From Dudresnaya verticillata (taxonomy: Eukaryota), in NCBI GenBank assembly GCA_977862235.1, contig OZ374557.1:806001-870000 (forward strand): a stretch of 64,000 nucleotides of DNA, given 5' to 3'. The notes under the pieces were generated by a model that was not told where the DNA came from, made no database searches, and was given only the letters and a program-made list of their open reading frames with translations. The position numbers were made by a program, and so were the translations under genes. Each line of letters opens with the position of its first letter. The stretch's first letter is position 1. This document shows, in pieces, positions 49,884-61,252 of the stretch.

Positions 49884-52426
49884 GCCTGCGGCGGTTGTAG
49901 CGGCGCTGTGTAGCGATTGATCACCGTCGGATGACGTTCTGCTGCATGCGGCATAGGTCCGCCCCGTGGTGACGGTGGTCGTGCTGCACGGCGTGCTGCT
50001 TCGCGCGCAGCGCGTTCTTTGTACCGAGTGTACGCATCAGCGGGGACCCCCGCCTTCTCGACGTCTGTTCAGCCTTCGTAGTTGGCGATCGCTTTCATAT
50101 ACTCGCTCATGCGGAGGAAGCAGTCCGGTGCGATGTGGCCACGGGCATAACACTGGTGACAGATCAACTGTCTGCGAGCGTCTTGACGGAATGGACCCCT
50201 GTCTTGCCATTCTGGCCTCGCCCGATGGACATGGGGGGCATACTCCGAGTACGGAACGTGTGGCGCGGGTACAACGGAACGCCCCAAGGCGAGTGTGGGA
50301 TCCATTGCCCCTGTGTCCTCGTCTTCGACGTAGCTGTCCGTTGGTAACGCTGAAGTTGGCACTGACGCTTGTTCGTCGGCCAAATAGAGATCGCCATCGG
50401 CGTGTGTTTCCATATCGTCCACGTGACGGGTGACATCACGGAACTCAACGGAAGACTCCGCTATCATAGCGCGTGCGGCAGGCTTAGTGCCCCTCGTCTG
50501 TCGACGTAGAACCGTTCGGTTTCCGCCAATGGCGGGGCGCAATGCGCGAGCGGCTTGGGCCGGGGCCATTATATCTCGTCTTACTGACGTCGAGCCGGCC
50601 CTGCCGTGTCTTGCGCGTTGCGCGTCACCTTCGTCCTGCGCGAAGTGGACTAAACGTTCAAAAGATAACTCCGCCCTCGGCGTTTCTTCGCGGAAGCGGG
50701 CCACCAAGGACCTGATCGTCGGGTCTAACCCATCGATGTACAGTGTCATCTTCTCCCCTTCAGGATAAACGTTATCGCAACGAATACACGCGCCGGCGAG
50801 TCTCATGCCGTAAGTCGTTTCGTCTTCGCCTTTCTTCTGACTAGTCGACCGCAGGGCGAGGACAGCGTCTCGAATCGCCGAAGGCGTGGCGTACGTGCGG
50901 AGGAGGTAGTGCACCGCCTCCAGGTACGATGATACGCCGCCGCGGTGGCGTGAGGACGATTTGACGGAGCGGAATTGCGTGGCTGCCGTACCTCGTAAGA
51001 AGTACGGCAGCGCGACGAACGCTTGTGCTTCGCTCATCTCTAGCGTGTCCGCTTCGTCCGCGAACCGCGTTAAAAAAATGAGGACCATGACGGGGTCGCT
51101 GCCGTTGCAGGCGGCGTCCTTCATTGTTAACTCGAGTCGCTTGATATGGTCTTTGACCTTTCCGGTTTCGCGTCCAGATCGTTTATGACCCACGTCTTGA
51201 AGACGGTATGTGCGGTACGATAGCAACTGATCGAAGACCGGATTGGAGGGGCTCAGCTCCTTCAGTCCCTTGTATCGCTTTCCGCGGAGCCGCATGGCAC
51301 TGCTGTGAGCCATGCGGTCGTCGTCGTCAGACGAGGAGCCTGTTGACCCGTCGTCACTAGACGTGTCCGAAGAGGATGGGGATGAGTCCCCCCGTCGCTG
51401 ACGGTTCTTGTTCCGTCCATGACGCGACTTGCGGCGATTCTTGCCTCGTCTCTTACGATCCTTGCGTCGGCGACGGTCTTCCTCGGAACTACCGTCATCA
51501 GACGGCGGCCCTTGGCGCCATTTGGCGGTTTCCAGTCGCTCCAAGCGGGTTGCTAATCGCTGAAAGCGTTCACGTGAACCCAGTTCTGACTGAGAGTGGA
51601 CCGTCAATGCCGCTGGCTGCGGGGCATCTACTCCGTGGTTGGGGTTCGTCATCAGACGGTCGAGGTCGGAGCGGAGTCTTTGAAGGGCACCGTTCCGATC
51701 TTCTTCCAACGTCTGCAGACGGCTGAAAATACTTCTGACATTGTCGTCGAGCATCTCCGTGAATCGAACGAGTAAGTTACCGTCTTCGGCGACGCATATT
51801 TCCCGGATCCGCTCGCGAGGTATCGTGAGATTACTCACGCGGGTGGATGCTGGGGACGCCACTGGCGGTGTGCGCGCGGGGGTCGACGCCTGCGGCGGAA
51901 CTCCCGTGCTGCGCGGTTGCGCTAACGGCCTGGCCAGTGAACATCCGGCACTGCCGTGGGGTGAGGGGCAGCAGCCCCTTAGGATTGGTGATTCGTCTAT
52001 GACGTCGCGCCCGGCAGGACGTTCTTGGTCGTCGTCGACGGGTAAGGTTGGTTGGTGGACCGGAACTTCCGGTTGGTCCTCGACGATGTCGGCTTGGGCT
52101 CCGTCCTCGACGGGTCGCTGTTCGGCTTGGACCGTGTCAGCGGAATCCACGTGCGAGTGGTAGGTTCGGAGGGCCGATTCGTTGGGAACGGTGATACGGA
52201 TGACGACGGGTATCGGCGGGGGAGGTACTTCTTCCCTGTTGAGCGATATACGGGAGTGATCGTGGCCAGGACCGGTCGGAAAGGCCGATGCGATCTCGGG
52301 GCTCACGAGGCGCCCAGACCTTGTTGTCATCCGCTGTAGCGACCGCTCCGACGCGGGGACACTCCCCGGCGTCGATGACGGTCGTCTTGAACTGGGGCCT
52401 CGCGACGGCAGCGGTCGTGAGGCCAT
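49874..52426 (-). pseudogene. gag: gag of element D (785-aa ORF plus disrupted tail)
   Basis: CCHC knuckle CHQCYARGHIAPDC; similar to gag of A; ends ...AKN* at a slippery site. Confidence 0.9.
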
Positions 52427-52534
52427 AATGCAGTCGTAGAGTTGCTTGAACGTCGTGGACGATTAGCGACGGACGTCTAGAGACGGAAGGTCGGACGTCG
52501 CACGACGGAGCAACTTCGTTGAAACGTAGCACAC

Positions 52535-52552
52535 TTCTAGGTCGGGAGACCA
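52535..52552 (-). promoter_or_regulatory. Primer-binding site of element D
   Basis: TGGTCTCCCGACCTAGAA, identical to the PBS of C. Confidence 0.9.
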
Positions 52553-52554
52553 GT

Positions 52555-53469
52555 TGTAGCGCAAACGTCCTTGACGGAACACCGCCGAGCAGTTGGGGGC
52601 TCGGTGGGTAGCGACGCCCGTGGCGGTGAGTAGCCTCACCTTGGGCGACTTGTGGTAGAGCAATTGACTCGCCTTGGGCGGACTGTAAACGCCCGAGGCG
52701 GAAAGGAAGAACAAAAGAGAACAAAAAGGGAACACGTCAAAGACGGGTAGAGACGTGGAAGCACGGGAGGGAGACGCTTAGCCGTAGGCAGCGGTAGGGT
52801 ACGCGCGTGCTGAACGGGGAAGTCTGGACCAAGGCCGGCTTGCCGGGAGTTTACCTCAACGTCTGAGACGGATCAACTAAGTATAGAACTACCTAGCGGC
52901 GGCGACGCGTGTGTAGGCGCCGCGCGGGAACTCGGGACACGTGTTGTCCCGAGGCGCGTCTGACAGATCCGTCCGTCATGCAGCCGCGCTCCTGACAGAT
53001 CACGCGTAGCTTCCCTGCTCGAGTCCTTACACCTACATGTGGATGTACTTCCTTACAGCCGCATGCGCCCCATGGCGCGTGCGATCTCGATCCGCACCAA
53101 TCTCGATCCAGTCCGGATTCGGGCGAGCCATGCGGATGCGCCAGGCGTACAGGCGCGTGCCTTACACCTCCTAATCCCGATGTCGGATCCCGATGTGGGA
53201 TCTCGATTGGATCCGGATTCGGGCCACGCTTACAGCGAACGTTCCCGCCACTGCGCCATGCGCGTACGCGTGGCGCCGTACAGTGCCCCGGGTTCAGGCG
53301 TGCGGTCTGCACGCCAAGCGAGCCGTTCTGGCCCGAGTGGTCAGCGGCATGCGCCGGTGACGTGTTTGCGCCGCGGGCGGGTTGAGCGCGCCGTTGGCGG
53401 TCGTCCGTCGGTAGACGCAGGATATCAACCCGCTTGAAAGCGAAAAAGGGGGACCCCCCTGGTACTACA
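52555..53469 (-). repeat. 5' LTR of element D (915 bp)
   Basis: TGTAG...CTACA; adjacent to PBS and TSD. Confidence 0.95.
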
Positions 53470-53474
53470 ATTAT

Positions 53475-53560
53475 TACATCAAATTGAGCGAGTGGCATTT
53501 GAATCAGAACCAAAGACGGAACATCATGGTGTAATAGGCCATAGTATGTGCAGCGTATCC
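53475..53560 (+). pseudogene. Degenerate MULE transposase, part 2
   Basis: YIKLSEWHLNQN matches the MULE LCxWHxxxN motif; joins part 1 across the ATTAT TSD. Confidence 0.55.
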
Positions 53561-53816
53561 GAAGGCCAACAATGTACCACAGCATGCCCGCAGATATATT
53601 TTTGCTGAGGAAGTCGTAGACTGTTCACAGGTTCTAGGAGAGGAGCACGGTCTCGAAATCTATGTACTTTATAGCATATTGTATGCCAAACCCCAAGTGT
53701 TTAAAATACTTCTACTACACTGAGTCCCCGACCCTGACTGACCGCTACGACAGGCGCGCTTGTGAACCATGCTTTTATCCAACTTCGAATACAAGGAAGT
53801 GGTATTAGGGAAAAGT

Positions 53817-54451
53817 TGTAATGGATATTCTACGTTCGGCTATGCGTCGTGTCACCGTTAAGAAGAAGGAAAGAAGATCTTCCGAGAGGGTTAAAAACCG
53901 TTCACGCGCTTACGCCACGAGATTCTCGACCGCTTGCGGAATAAACAGTACCAGAGCGGTAATATTTTGTCTGGGACAAACCGTCTGTGACGGATTGTAC
54001 GTCCGGGTGTTCAGGGCCCGGAGGGTAGCGTCTTCTTACGACGGTAGTGGTAGAGCGGTAGGCAACGCCACAGGGCGGACTGTAAACGCCCCGGGCGGAA
54101 AGTGGGTAAAGGAAAAGGAAAAGGAAAAGAACAGGCGCGAAAAACAAAGCAAACACGTTAAGGAGACGGTAGGAAACGTGGAAGCACGGAAGTACTGACA
54201 CATAAGCTTCAGGCTGCGGTAGGTTGTACGCGCAAGCGGAGAAGGGCATTCAAGTCCGGGGCCGGCTTAGCCGAGTTTATTGTGACGTCTTCAGACGGAC
54301 TAGCTAAGGACTAATACTACTATGCGCGTGGCGGTGGAAGTACCTGGGCGGGCGGGAAGTTGCGACACGTGTCGTTACGTCGTGTGTCTGAGAGGTAAGA
54401 TCGCGATGCAGCCGTGTGCTGATAGATCCGTGCACAATCGTTACTGATACA
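53817..54451 (-). repeat. LTR F (related to LTR D), first segment; resumes at 63026-63182 and 63932-64000
   Basis: Shares GGGCGGACTGTAAACGCCC, ACGTGGAAGCACGG and GCCGGCTT...GAGTTTA...GACGGA with LTR D; GCGCC(G/T)TACAGTGC similarity resumes after 63026. Confidence 0.7.
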
Positions 54452-54885
54452 CAAGTCGCACCGCCTTCGGCGGGGGCGGCGCTGCGCGCCGCTAGACCCC
54501 GCGCCTTCGGCGCGGGACGGCACTGAGGGTATGATAATCCCCGCGCCGAAGGCAGGCGTGGGATGTAACGCCGGTCGCGCGCACACAAAAGTAAAGGACC
54601 AAATTAAGAAATCAGCCGCACAGCAAAGGTGTCGGCTGTAACGAGCACCATCCCGCCAATCAATGGTGAGCTTTGCTGCTGCTGCTGCTGCTGCTGCTGC
54701 TGATTTTTTTCATTGGCGCTGCTGCCGTGTATTTTCGATATAATTTCGGACGCGTAGAAACTATTGTAGCGCGAAGTGGCAGCATTGGCGCATCGATGTA
54801 GACTTTTGTTTAATTTTCAACCCTACCCTGCCTAATACTACCCTTTGGGCGGTCATACCCCTACAAATTCTTACTATAACGTAAA
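54452..54885 (-). mobile_element. Non-autonomous Helitron unit 3
   Basis: 5' TTTACGTTATAGTAAG; GCT microsatellite; 3' GC hairpins followed by CTTG|T. Confidence 0.65.
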
Positions 54886-55537
54886 CAAGGGCAACGACAC
54901 GGCGCTGCGCGCCGCTATGCGCCGTGCAGCCGCGCCGAAGGCCCGACTGACTCCGGTATCCTCTGTGGCAGTGGCAGGATGGGATACTGTGGGATACCGG
55001 GGTAGGTTGGGGTCGCTTAATAACGACAGGTGTCTTACAATTTCTTTGTAATGATATTTGTTTCCAAGCCGTGAGACAGGTGCGGTTTTAATCACATAAA
55101 TTAGGAATGGAGGCGCACGGCGGGACTGTAAGATCGTATCGCTGTAGCGCGGCAGCGGCTCTGTAAATTTACCGTCAGAAAATCCAAGCCTACCAATGAG
55201 AGAGCGTTGATTTGGTACCGTGGCGAAATGCAGCCAATCGGGTGGCGCGGTTTGGCGGTCAGCCAATGGGGTTGCCGCTTTGCTGCTGCTGATGCTGCTG
55301 CTGATGCTGGTGCTGCTGATGCTGCTGATGCTGCTGCTGCTACTGCTGCTGCTGCTGCTGCTGAATTTTTCTATTGGGCGTAAAAGGGTGAACTAGAAAT
55401 ATTTCTAGGCGTGCGTAGAAATAGGATTGGCGGCAAGGGATGGTAATGGCGGGCGGATGTTTATTTCTACAAATGTTTTACGTGTACGAAGCCCTCGAGG
55501 GGCCTCGTACACTGACTAATCATTACTATGGGGAGAA
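54886..55537 (-). mobile_element. Non-autonomous Helitron unit 2
   Basis: First about 460 bp (55075-55537) closely match 62561-63025; ends with a hairpin and CTTG. Confidence 0.8.
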
Positions 55538-55819
55538 CAAGGGAAGACATCGCGGCGCGGCGCGCCGCGATGTGCCGTCTCTGACGTTCTGGTGCTGGAT
55601 TGTACTGCTGAGTTAAAGGTAGGATTGTGTGTCGGAAGCAGAAGTGAAAAGTCTTGAGAGATATTTTCAAGACGATTTAATGCGGAAAAGAGACTTGAGG
55701 GCCTTTAAGAGGCTGCTAGAAAAATCAAGGCCTGTAAGAGGCCGCTAGAAAAACTTCAAGGCCTTTAAGAGGCCGATGAAAAAAAGGACAAAGAGTAAAA
55801 GCAGCAATACCACTTAATG

Positions 55820-58800
55820 TCAGTGACGTTGTTCCACAAACGTGACTGCTTCAGGCAGAAATGGATTTCCAACCACTACTGGCATGTTGTGGAAGGGGTG
55901 GTCGGTGCTGGATGGGTGGTCTTCTTCGTTGTGCAGGAGAAGGATGTCATTCGATTTCTTAACGCGAGACAGGGCGACATAGAGCTGATCCGGAGAGAAG
56001 AAGTTGGAGCGCAAGTCCACGATCATCTTGCGCAACGTTTGGCCTTGTGCCTTGTGCACTGTAGCACTAAATGCTAGACGAAGCGGAAACTGCCTGCGGG
56101 TAACTCGAACGCCGTGGAAGTCAAACTGGAAGTCGATACGGTGTAGCGCGTACGTTTCCACTTCCTCCCTATCCCCGCTTTCGTTCAGCTTGGCCACATA
56201 AACCATTCTTCTACTGTAGCGCTTGACGACGAACATTGCACCGTTAATAATGTGCGGGTGTAGAACATTCCGTATTACCATAACCGGGACACCCAACTTC
56301 AGTTTCAATTCGTGCGGAGGTACCCCAGTCGGTATGTAGCGGTAGGTCATCTCTGGAACGATGGTGTTCCCGACTGGGTTTCCATCTCTGTTACGGCCGC
56401 GGATTGGAACGATACTTGTGGCGGAACGCAGAGAGAACGAAATGCCCGGGAAGCGTTCCAAGCACTCTGTGTTATGCTCGTCGACCAGAGCATTTGTCGG
56501 GCACACAATCATACGGTTAAGTTCGACGTGTGCAGGGTTGTGTGTTACTGCCCACTTCCATAGAAGTTCGTACGAAGCTTGTATGTTCCCCGTCGAAGAC
56601 AGTGGAAGCTTGCTTGTTGTAGGAAACCTTCCAGTAGCGATTGACATGAGCAGCCGGCTGAATCTCTGATCTTCTGCCTGACGAACTTGTTGAGTAATGC
56701 GCAGCACCTTCACAGCCTGCCAGAAGGAGGATTCCCAAGGTATTTCGTCTAGTAAGGACACGTTGACGTATTCTTTGTTCCCATGCTCGTCTTCTTGAAG
56801 CCTCCGCGACGGAACAACTGGCAACAGCTGAAGGTCGTCGCCTGCAAATACGATGCTTAACCCACCGAAGAGCGGCTTGTCTGGACGTGACCCCGAGCTA
56901 TTCGAGGCATTGCTACTGCCTCCGTTTCCACGATGAGCTTCCGGTCGCACTCGAAAGTCTTGGAGGATGGCATCCACGTGCTCAAATAGCACTCTTTGCA
57001 TCATAGAGGCCTCGTCTACGATAAGAAGTGACATTTTCCGAATCATCGCTGCCCTCTGAGATCGTGGACCGTATTTAGAAAGCTTGGCGTGTCGTTCAGA
57101 ACTGTCCTTGTCGTCAACGCCCAGTCCAAGGAGACTGTACAGTGTGCGACCACCACGGTATAGAGACGCTGCAATTCCTGTAGTAGCGGTGATTTCCACA
57201 TACATTCCCCTGCACTCCGCCATATCCCGAAGCAAAGACAGAAGGTATGTCTTCCCTGTCCCTGCATGGTCTTGTAGGAAGAACACCTTTCCATCCGTAG
57301 CCAGTGGGTCTTCTCGGCGACAGTCCAACATGACAGACATGATCTTATCGAACACGCGCTTCTGCTGTGAGTTCAACGTCCTGTACTTGTCTTCTACCGC
57401 TTCTCGTGAGCTTGCCGACGACGACGTTTGCTGTATCTCACTCTGTACCCTCTCGACTTCCGTTGACCTATGCTGTGAGGTAACAAAGGAGCGGAAGGCT
57501 CGATGCTGTCGCAGGAGGTTCCCTCCATGGCGATCTGATATCTCAATCAGTCTGTGCATCAACTCTGCCTTCTTCTGCGACGTAGATCCGAGGTGAATGT
57601 CTTACATCAAGTACTCTGAGTGTCTGTGGAGCATGCGTTCTGGATTTCCTCCTTGCTGGTACAGAGTCACGATCATGAAGCGCAGACTTGAAGGTGTCGA
57701 ATGCATACTTACTGCCTCGTCAAAGGATCTGTCGTACTCGTTTCCATCCGCATACAGTCCCATTGCCACTGCAACATCGCGGAAGGAGCCGTAGTTACGC
57801 CCTTCAAAGCCTTTGGCTTGCGCAAAGGATGAGATCGGCCTGTGAACCAGGATTGTCCGAAGCGCGAACAGCTCGACGTTTGCTGGGGAAACGAAGCGGA
57901 TGCGTGCCACCGAGTCTTCATCCGAGCCCCTTTTGACGACATAGTTTCGAGGCGAGCCGTCGTCTCTTGGAATATCCTGACTCCTCGACTGCATACTCCT
58001 CGGAAGCGTCTTGTACAGCTTGAAGCCTTCCATGTAGTCGAGAAATGTTTTCGACCTGTACTGTGACGGACGCTTGAAGTAGCGCAGCAGCGGTGAGTCG
58101 CCTAGCTGTCCCGGTCCCCGCGGAAGGTTGGGGTTCCTCATGACAATGTGGCGCTCTCCCTCCAAGTGCACTGGGTAGGCTGTCACCGGTGGATTCAGCT
58201 TGACATGCCTGAACTCGAGTAACGACCAAGCTGCCTCAACGCAGCCACTCACTCTCGCACGCATTTGTAGGCGGATGTCGTTGCGAATGTTGTCCCTTGC
58301 TGGGTTCCGGGTGCCCTGCCTCTCTGGCTCCGTTTAAATCTCCACGTCTTGAAGTTTCGGTGGCTTGAATGTGTACTTCATCAGGTACGCGACTGCCCCT
58401 CCTCCCCGGGTCCGTTCCACGTTGATGTGGCAACGATACCTCCTTGTCAACTTGGCATTGTACGGGACTACTTTCAGATCTTCCTCTTTCCTTCTGCGGT
58501 ACACCACGCGATTGCAGGTCTCATCCATGTAGGTTGTCGGCGTCACTGCAGTCTGGTCGTATCCAAAACGACACCTTCCATTACGAGTACGCCCTCTACA
58601 GTACGGAGAGTGCCGGTGTCTGTTGCAACGCATCACCAGTTCCCGGAGCTCTTGATCCTCGGACGCCGAAGGCAACTCCGCACTGATAATCCCGTCAATC
58701 TCGTCCAAATCTTCCAGCAGGCCGCCCTCTAGGAACACTAGTATGTGGTTGTGTGGCGTGTTACGTTCCTGAAACTCCAACTTGGAAGCGATTCCGATAC

Positions 58801-61252
58801 AACGGCGTCCAAAGTATTCCTCAGAGTTGGACTCAATCTCCCTCATTACATCGTTGGAAAACTGGTTGTAGACTCTTGCCGTGATATCGGGGTGATCAAA
58901 CACACGTGGGCGACGGTCATGAGGCTGGAACGTACTTCGATGATCTATGTCCAAGCCCAGTCTGCCCATCTCCTCACGCCACGGATTCATTGTCACAGTC
59001 ACGAGCAGAGAAGGGACATGCCTTCTAGCGACCATAGCTTGTACGTCCAGGAGCTTCCCTTTCCAATATGACGCTGAGTTCACGTGGTTATCCGGAAGGA
59101 ACAGTCTCCCAATACGATACGTGTCGTCGTCATCCATTACAGTTTCCTGTAGCTCCGTCTCCTCTACGATCCTTGCCTTGATGTCTGCTCCCGTTCCAAG
59201 AACTTGAGTCGCTGGTCCTCGATGTTTGTAGCAGTTCGAAGTAGCCAGACCTGGAATAGTGTACCGCTCTCCTGTAGAATATTGTCCGTGTACAGGCGGC
59301 GCTTGACGTTTGCCGCCCAAGTGAGCTTCTGGAGCTTCTTCTTATTCGATTCTTTCGTACTCGACGGCTCAGTGTTATCTGACTTTGCTTGAATGAACCG
59401 TGCCAAGTCAAACGGCTCATTTTCATCTCCGCACGGATACAGTAACGGGAACGCGCCCACCTCCGCTATCTTCGAGCCCACGTTAAGTGTACGATACTTC
59501 ACAACATGTGTTCCACGTTCGTGATCCGGTTCAATGTCAGCATTGCCAACCAACTGCACGACTGGCTGATCGGATCGGTATAGACCAGAAGGTTCAACAG
59601 TGTAACTTAGGAGGTGCGTCGGAACTCCTGCCTGGTCTTGTGGCAGCGGTCCAACTCCTGTCACAGCTTGTACCTCACCAACCTGCCTTCCACGATAGTT
59701 TTCCACAACGACACCGTCGTTTGCAACTTGGTCATTCACTTCTATAGTATCGACAGCCGATGCTTGGCCTTGAGCTGAACTTCCCGCGCCTCGTGCACGA
59801 TCAGTTCCCGAAACCAGTGTTCGGTACCTTTCACACGTAATGCGTGGGGGAGGCAGTAGTTTGTCGTACAGTACAGGAACCATGGCGCGTACATTGCTGT
59901 TGCGAACTGCATCTCGCAACAGCCTTGACCTCTGGTCTCCCTCTCTCAAACTCGGGGCGTCATTGGACCACAGAAACGTGTAGCGCGCATTACGTCTCGG
60001 TACAGCGATCGCTGCGTTGCCGAACAGCTTCATGAACGACGGTCCACCGGACGGCATGAACTTAAGATCAATAAATGACAAACACGTCGCAAACAGTGTG
60101 TTCAGCTGCACTGACATCGTACGGAACGCCCGCATCTTGTACATTTCCTTCAGCTGACTCGACAAATGCCTCCTTCGAAGCGTCACACCCCATCTTGAAG
60201 TACTCCTCTTCCCACAGCACACTCCGTCGCTTTCTTTTCCGACGAGCATACTGCCACAGTACTTGCAAGTGTTGATGTACAGTACCCATCCCTTCAGCGG
60301 ACAACGTCGTGAATTGTGTGTCGGATTTCCGAACTTCGAACACCTTCTCCTTGTATCCCTTGGATAGTCAAATTCCGACGGAACTACGTCTTGCTCCTTT
60401 GCTTCTTCAGCTCGGCTATCGAAAGCGTAGTAGACTTTAATTAGCCCACGTTCCACCTTCCCAACCTCTGACATCATCGTCCTGTCAGTGCTCCCAGGAA
60501 CGGACTGTGCTATGTTCGGCTCAACGCTTTCAACGGCCGGCCCGACGGGTACGTGCTCCCCTTGTTCCGCAACACTTCCTTGGTCCGGCTCCGGAATCGT
60601 CCTTCTCCTAGGTCTCCCGGCCCCTCGGCGTGCCCCCCTGCATTCGACCGTGCTCCCCTGCATTCGACCGTGCTCCCCTGCATTCGACCGTGCCCCTCCT
60701 GCATTCGACCGTGCTCCTCCTGCGTTCGATCGTGCTCCCCTGCATTGGGCCGTGCTCCTCCCGCATTGGTTCGAACACCGCCTGAATTCTCACGTCGGCC
60801 TCCTGCGTTCTGTCGCGGTCCTCCTGTGTTCTCCCGTGGACCTCCTGTATTCAACCGCGACCCCCCGCATTTTCACGCGGCCCACCTGCGTTCTGACGTG
60901 GGCCTCCTGTGTTCGGACATGATCCTCCTGCGTTATCACGCGGTCCTCCTGCGTTTTCACGCGGACCTCCTGTATTCGGGCGCGACCCCCCGGCGTGCTG
61001 ACGTGACCCTCCGGCATTCGGGCGCGGGCCTCCTGCGTTCTCACGTGAGCCACCAGCATTTGGACGTGGACTTCCAGTACTTGGACGGGCACCACCGGAG
61101 TTGGCACGGGCGCCACCAGCGTTGGCACGGGCGCCACCAGAGTTGGCACGAGCTCCGCCAGAGTTGGCACGGGCGCCGCCAGAGTTGGCACGAGCCCCTC
61201 CTGAGTTAGGACGCGGACCCCCAGAGTTGGGTCTGGGGCCTCCGCGAACCAT
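55820..61252 (-). pseudogene. Helitron RepHel (HUH Rep + PIF1-family helicase), frameshifted
   Basis: CKYC...CC Zn motif; Rep motifs VTVTMN, EFQERNTPHNH, YLMKYTFK; helicase AGTGKT, IVDEASM, GDDLQLLPV, QFPLRLAFSATVHKAQGQT, QLYVALSRV. Confidence 0.93.
60630..61245 (-). repeat. About 21-bp coding minisatellite at the RepHel N-terminus
   Basis: Units such as GAGTTGGCACGGGCGCCACCA and TGCTCCCCTGCATTCGACCG on the + strand; encode GG(A/P)RxN(A/S) heptads. Confidence 0.85.

Larger units (their letters stand above)
40344..53469 (-). mobile_element. Full-length Ty3/Gypsy chromodomain-bearing LTR retrotransposon D with antisense extra ORF
   Basis: LTRs 40344-41175 and 52555-53469; TSD ATTAT (40339-40343, 53470-53474); PBS 52535-52552; PPT GGAGGGGG near 41179-41186. 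Confidence 0.97.
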
